Origin: Chrysochromulina tobinii
Lineage: Eukaryota
Direction: 5' to 3'
Length of the DNA stretch: 34,954 bases
Assembly (NCBI GenBank): GCA_001275005.1
Contig: JWZX01002851.1
Coordinates: 1-34,954 of the forward strand
The notes beneath the pieces were generated by a model that made no database searches, was not told the origin of the DNA, and saw only the letters and a program-made list of their open reading frames with translations. Shown here in pieces: positions 31,536 through 34,954 of this stretch. The stretch's first letter is position 1. Every line of letters starts with the position of its first letter. Made by a program: the position numbers and the translations under genes.

Positions 31536-34500
31536 ATGCCTCTCGGCGTCGTCCCAAACGTCAACCACCAAATATCCTTCACCTCCGGCTACAAAAAGGG
31601 TGAGGACGGCAAGTGGTCCAGCCCTACCATCACTCAACCCAGTGTTGAACCCAGTATTGAATCCAGGCAGGCTCCCGCTCCTTCGCCGGCGCGTACACCG
31701 GCGCGCGCACCGCCGCGCGCCCCGGTGCCGGCTGCCTCCACACCACCGACGGCCCCACCACCAGCGGCTGCGCCCGCAGCATTAGAGCCCGAGCTCACCT
31801 ACGAGCAGAAATTAGCAAGGGCCAGATTGGAGCACGATCGCCTGGTGACCGGGAAGGCGTTCGTGCCGATCGGCACCGCTCGATCGGCACAGGCGACCGC
31901 GCCGCAGTTGCCGCCCCAGGCGCCCCCATCACTCGAAACATTGCGCCAGGACGCCGAGATATTGCAAGCACCCGCATCGCCCGCCAGCAATCTTTCGGCG
32001 AGCACGACCGTGCGCCCCGACTCGCCCTCTTCGCTTGCGAGCAATGTGTCGGCCCGGCGGCTCGCGCGCGCACAGTCGCGCTCGCCGCGCGGCCATCCGA
32101 ACCGCGCGCGCCAGGAGCTGCAGGAGATCCTGAGCGGAAAGCTCGGCGCCGTCCCGGGCGAAAGCAGCTCTGGTCTAGAGAGACTTCTCAAGGTGGGCGA
32201 GTACTGTGAGCAGCTTCGTGACGCAAGCGATCTCGACTTCTTCGAGATCACGCGCGAGTTTGTGCACGGGCATGACTGGAGCAGGGACGCATCGTGCGTG
32301 CACCTCGACGTGCCTGAGCTTTTTGGACTCGTCGAGCGATGGTCTGCCGAGGAGCTGCGGGAGAATGTGCTCACGTGCATCGCCGACGGCGGTCTCCACC
32401 TGAGTACCATCCTCGGCCTCAATCTCGGAGATATGCGTGCGGCCTTCTTCCTAGAGGTGCTCGAGGCGGCGGCGCGCGAGGAGGCGGGCGCGCGCACCGC
32501 GTTTGCTCGCTTCATGACCGCCAGCGAGAGCGGTGCCGCACAGATGGCGTTTGACGAAGTCCTCGCGATGCTCGGGCTCGCCGGAGATCGGATCGGAGAT
32601 CGGATCTCCCTCGCCGAGCTCGCCCCGCTGCTGTTACCCGTGCTGCCCCACCGCGGCCGTCAGCTCCTTCGGCGGCTGAGCGAGCGCGCCTTGCACCCGC
32701 AGTACCTGCCCAGGGCAGGCACAGCCGCGCGCGGCAAGCATCTTCCGGGCTCTCCGATGCATGCAGTCATCGTGGGCGGAGGTCCGGTCGGGTTGCGCTG
32801 CGCGCTCGAGCTTGCCTTTCTGGGCTGCGACGTGGAGGTAAGAGGCTCGGGGTCACCAGTGGTGACCTCTGATGGCCTCTGATGGCCTCTGATGTCCTGT
32901 GATTGCCTCTGATTGCCTCTGACTCGCCGTGAGCACACAGGTGCTCGAGGGGCGTGAGCGCTTCACAAGGCTGCAGGTACTCCATCTGTGGCCGTGGGTG
33001 GAGCGAGATTTAGCTGAGCTCGGGGTGAAACTACTCGACCCTTCGATCTTCGCCTCGCTCGATGTGCGCCGCTGCGGCACTTCGCAGGTACGCTCCCTCC
33101 TGATGACTCCTGATGACTCCTGATGACTTCCCAGGTACGCTCGCCTCCTGATGACTCCTGATGACTCCTGACGACTCCTGATGACTCCTGATGACTCCTG
33201 ATGACTCCTGACGACTCCTGATGACTCCTGATGACTCCCCAGGTACGGCCCACCTCCTGATGACTCCTGATGACTCATGATGACTCATGATGACTCCTGA
33301 TGACTCCTGATGACTCCTGATGACTTCCCAGGTACGGCCCGCCTCCTGATCGCCTCGGACCGAGTGCCTCCGAGAGTGCCTCCGTGTATCGATGACTTTG
33401 AGATGCCTTGGAGCGCGCCGGATCTGTCGATGCACAGCTGCAGCATTCGCTCTTCAAGCTCTGCTTGCTGCTCGGGGTACGTGTGCGCTTCGGGTGCAAG
33501 GTCAATCGGGTCGAGGAACTGGCGGCCTTGCGTGGAACGGGCGCGCCGCCTCTCGACGTGCTCGTCGACGCAAGCGGCGCGCGCTGTGCCCTCTTTGAGC
33601 CGTTTGGATTCAAGCAGACGCTCGCGCTCAAATCGGCGCGAGCGCTCTGCATCGTCATCAGGTGAGCGCCTCTGAGTGCCCCTCTGAGCGCCTCTCTGGG
33701 TGCCTCTCGGAGTGCCACCCTGAGTGCCTCTCGGAGTGCTCAACTCGCGCTCTGCATCTCGTCATCAGCCTGGACAATGGGAAGACGAGAGAAGATTTGG
33801 ATCTGCGAGAGAGCACGTGGAGTTACCAATACTATGCGGCCAAGTTCCAATTACTACACCAGTATGGGGGCTCTCTCGAGAACCTCCTTAATGCCTCTGG
33901 ATGCCTCTGATGCCTCTGAATGAAAGCCTCTGAATGCTCCGTGGTTGCAGGTATGGCGTCCATCTCGAGAATCTCGTCTACTACCGCTCAACGGGTGCCT
34001 TCTCCGAGCGTGCGACGCACTACTTTGTCATGTCGGTGAGCCACATCGAGTCACTCCAAGCCTTTGGCGTGCTGCACCAGGCGTCCTTGGAAGAGCTGCG
34101 TGCGTCTTCCCACGATCCCCATGCGACGCTCTGCCAGCCGTCCAATGTGAGCGTCGAGCGGCTCGAGCTGTACGCACGTGCGGCCATCGCCCTCTTCGTC
34201 CCCTCGCTCGCGACACATCCTATGGTCCCTGGGCAGCTCTCGCTCTTTGACTTTTCGGAGCGGTGGCAGTCGAATCGGGCGGCGATGCTCGTGCCCGGTG
34301 CCGCGCTGGGGCAGCAGCACGAGGTCCTCGTGACGCGCGTGGGCGACGCGCTGCAAGAGCCGTTTTGGCCCGAGGGTTTGGGCATCAACCGCGGCTTCCT
34401 GGGCGCGCTCGACTGCGCGCACATGGTGCAGCACTACGCGGCCGTGCGGCGCGAGCGGCCAGGCGACGTCGAGGAGTGCTTGGCACGGCGCGAGGAGCTC

Positions 34501-34740
34501 TTTGGGCTGACCAAGGTGCTCTCCGGCCACAACCGCAAGGCAGAGTTGCGAGATCATCTCGAGGGCGCGGCTTGGCGGAGCGACGCGGAGAAGGGCTATT
34601 GTTACACGATCCAGCCACACACGCGCTACTTGCGCTGGGGCAGCAAGGACAGGCGATCACATAGCGAGCCGGCGGCGGACGATAGCGCCAAGGCCAACCC
34701 ATTGCCGGTTAGTGTGCTCTCGACACTGTTTGGCAAATAA
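31536..34740 (+). CDS. MICAL-like FAD-dependent monooxygenase (851 aa, five exons)
   Basis: Exons 31536-32837, 32941-33087, 33438-33661, 33769-33861 and 33951-34740 join in frame (2556 nt). MICAL-type motifs IVGGGPVGLRCALELAFLG, FTRLQVLHLWPW, QLQHSLFKLCLLLGV, LENLVYYR..THYFVM, LFDF, VGDALQEPFWPEGLGINRGF. Several are restored exactly across the junctions. Confidence 0.9.
32838..32940 (+). repeat. Intron 1 of the MICAL-like gene (103 nt) with 10-bp TGATKGCCTC repeats
   Basis: GTAAGA..CACAG with tgatggcctc and tgattgcctc units at about 32860-32922. Confidence 0.9.
33088..33437 (+). repeat. Intron 2 of the MICAL-like gene (350 nt): TGATGACTCC arrays separated by three internal CAG|GTACG junctions
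   Basis: GTACGC..CACAG with internal AG|GT at 33134/33135, 33242/33243 and 33331/33332. Confidence 0.9.
33662..33768 (+). repeat. Intron 3 of the MICAL-like gene (107 nt) with roughly 12-bp GAGTGCCTCT-type repeats
   Basis: GTGAGC..ATCAG; removal restores CIVISLDNGKT. Confidence 0.88.
33862..33950 (+). repeat. Intron 4 of the MICAL-like gene (89 nt) with ATGCCTCTG repeats
   Basis: GTATGG..TGCAG; removal restores LLHQYGVHLENLVYY. Confidence 0.85.
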
Positions 34741-34954
34741 GCGTGCGTCAGAGATGCGAGATGGCGCCGTTCGTATTTCAAAGGGTTATTTGTTTTTCGT
34801 TTCCCGGCGCCCGCCCGCATTGGCTCCGTCACGCGAAGTGGAAGTCGTCGCGGACCCGTCGCGGACCCGCGCCCGCGGCGGCGGGCCCGGGCGACCCCGC
34901 GCGCCGCGCCCCGGCCCCCCGCCGGCCGTGGCCCACGCGTTAGTGGCCCGGCCC

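Noticed and set aside
33088..33437. CRISPR-like appearance of repeats interrupted by short unique segments
   Set aside because: The units are 10-bp tandem microsatellites, the interruptions are copies of one splice junction rather than unique spacers, there are no cas genes and the context is a eukaryotic intron.
32853..33743. Minus-strand ORFs with SSGVIRSHQE and REALRG repeats
   Set aside because: They are translations of the intronic repeats, antisense to a gene with clear motifs.
32838..33950. MICAL-like gene as a frameshifted pseudogene
   Set aside because: Four canonical GT-AG introns restore one 851-aa frame with intact motifs.

Overview
GC-rich, gene-dense eukaryotic nuclear DNA, most likely a haptophyte alga. 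This is inferred from short GT-AG introns, signal-plus-transit/Tat presequences, repeat-filled introns and a four-domain channel. About 18 protein genes are supported, many in tight head-to-head pairs: a secreted protein with tandem glycoside-hydrolase-like domains, a TMX-like thioredoxin, an intronless 2563-aa four-domain voltage-gated cation channel, two SET proteins, a PDZ-FKBP, a DUF151/BFN-like protein, a kinase, a CcmI-C-terminal-like protein, two methyltransferases, a MerT-like/HMA fusion, an LRR protein, a five-exon MICAL-like monooxygenase and several hypotheticals. The most unusual structure is in the MICAL-like gene. All four introns are filled with related short repeats, two carry near-copies of the adjacent exon, and one consists of four back-to-back GT..AG units joined by AG|GT. 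Other highlights are a D-E-Q-E channel selectivity filter and a recurring TTCACA motif upstream of start codons. No tRNA, rRNA, CRISPR array or transposase was recognised. All family assignments are motif recognition from memory, not database searches.
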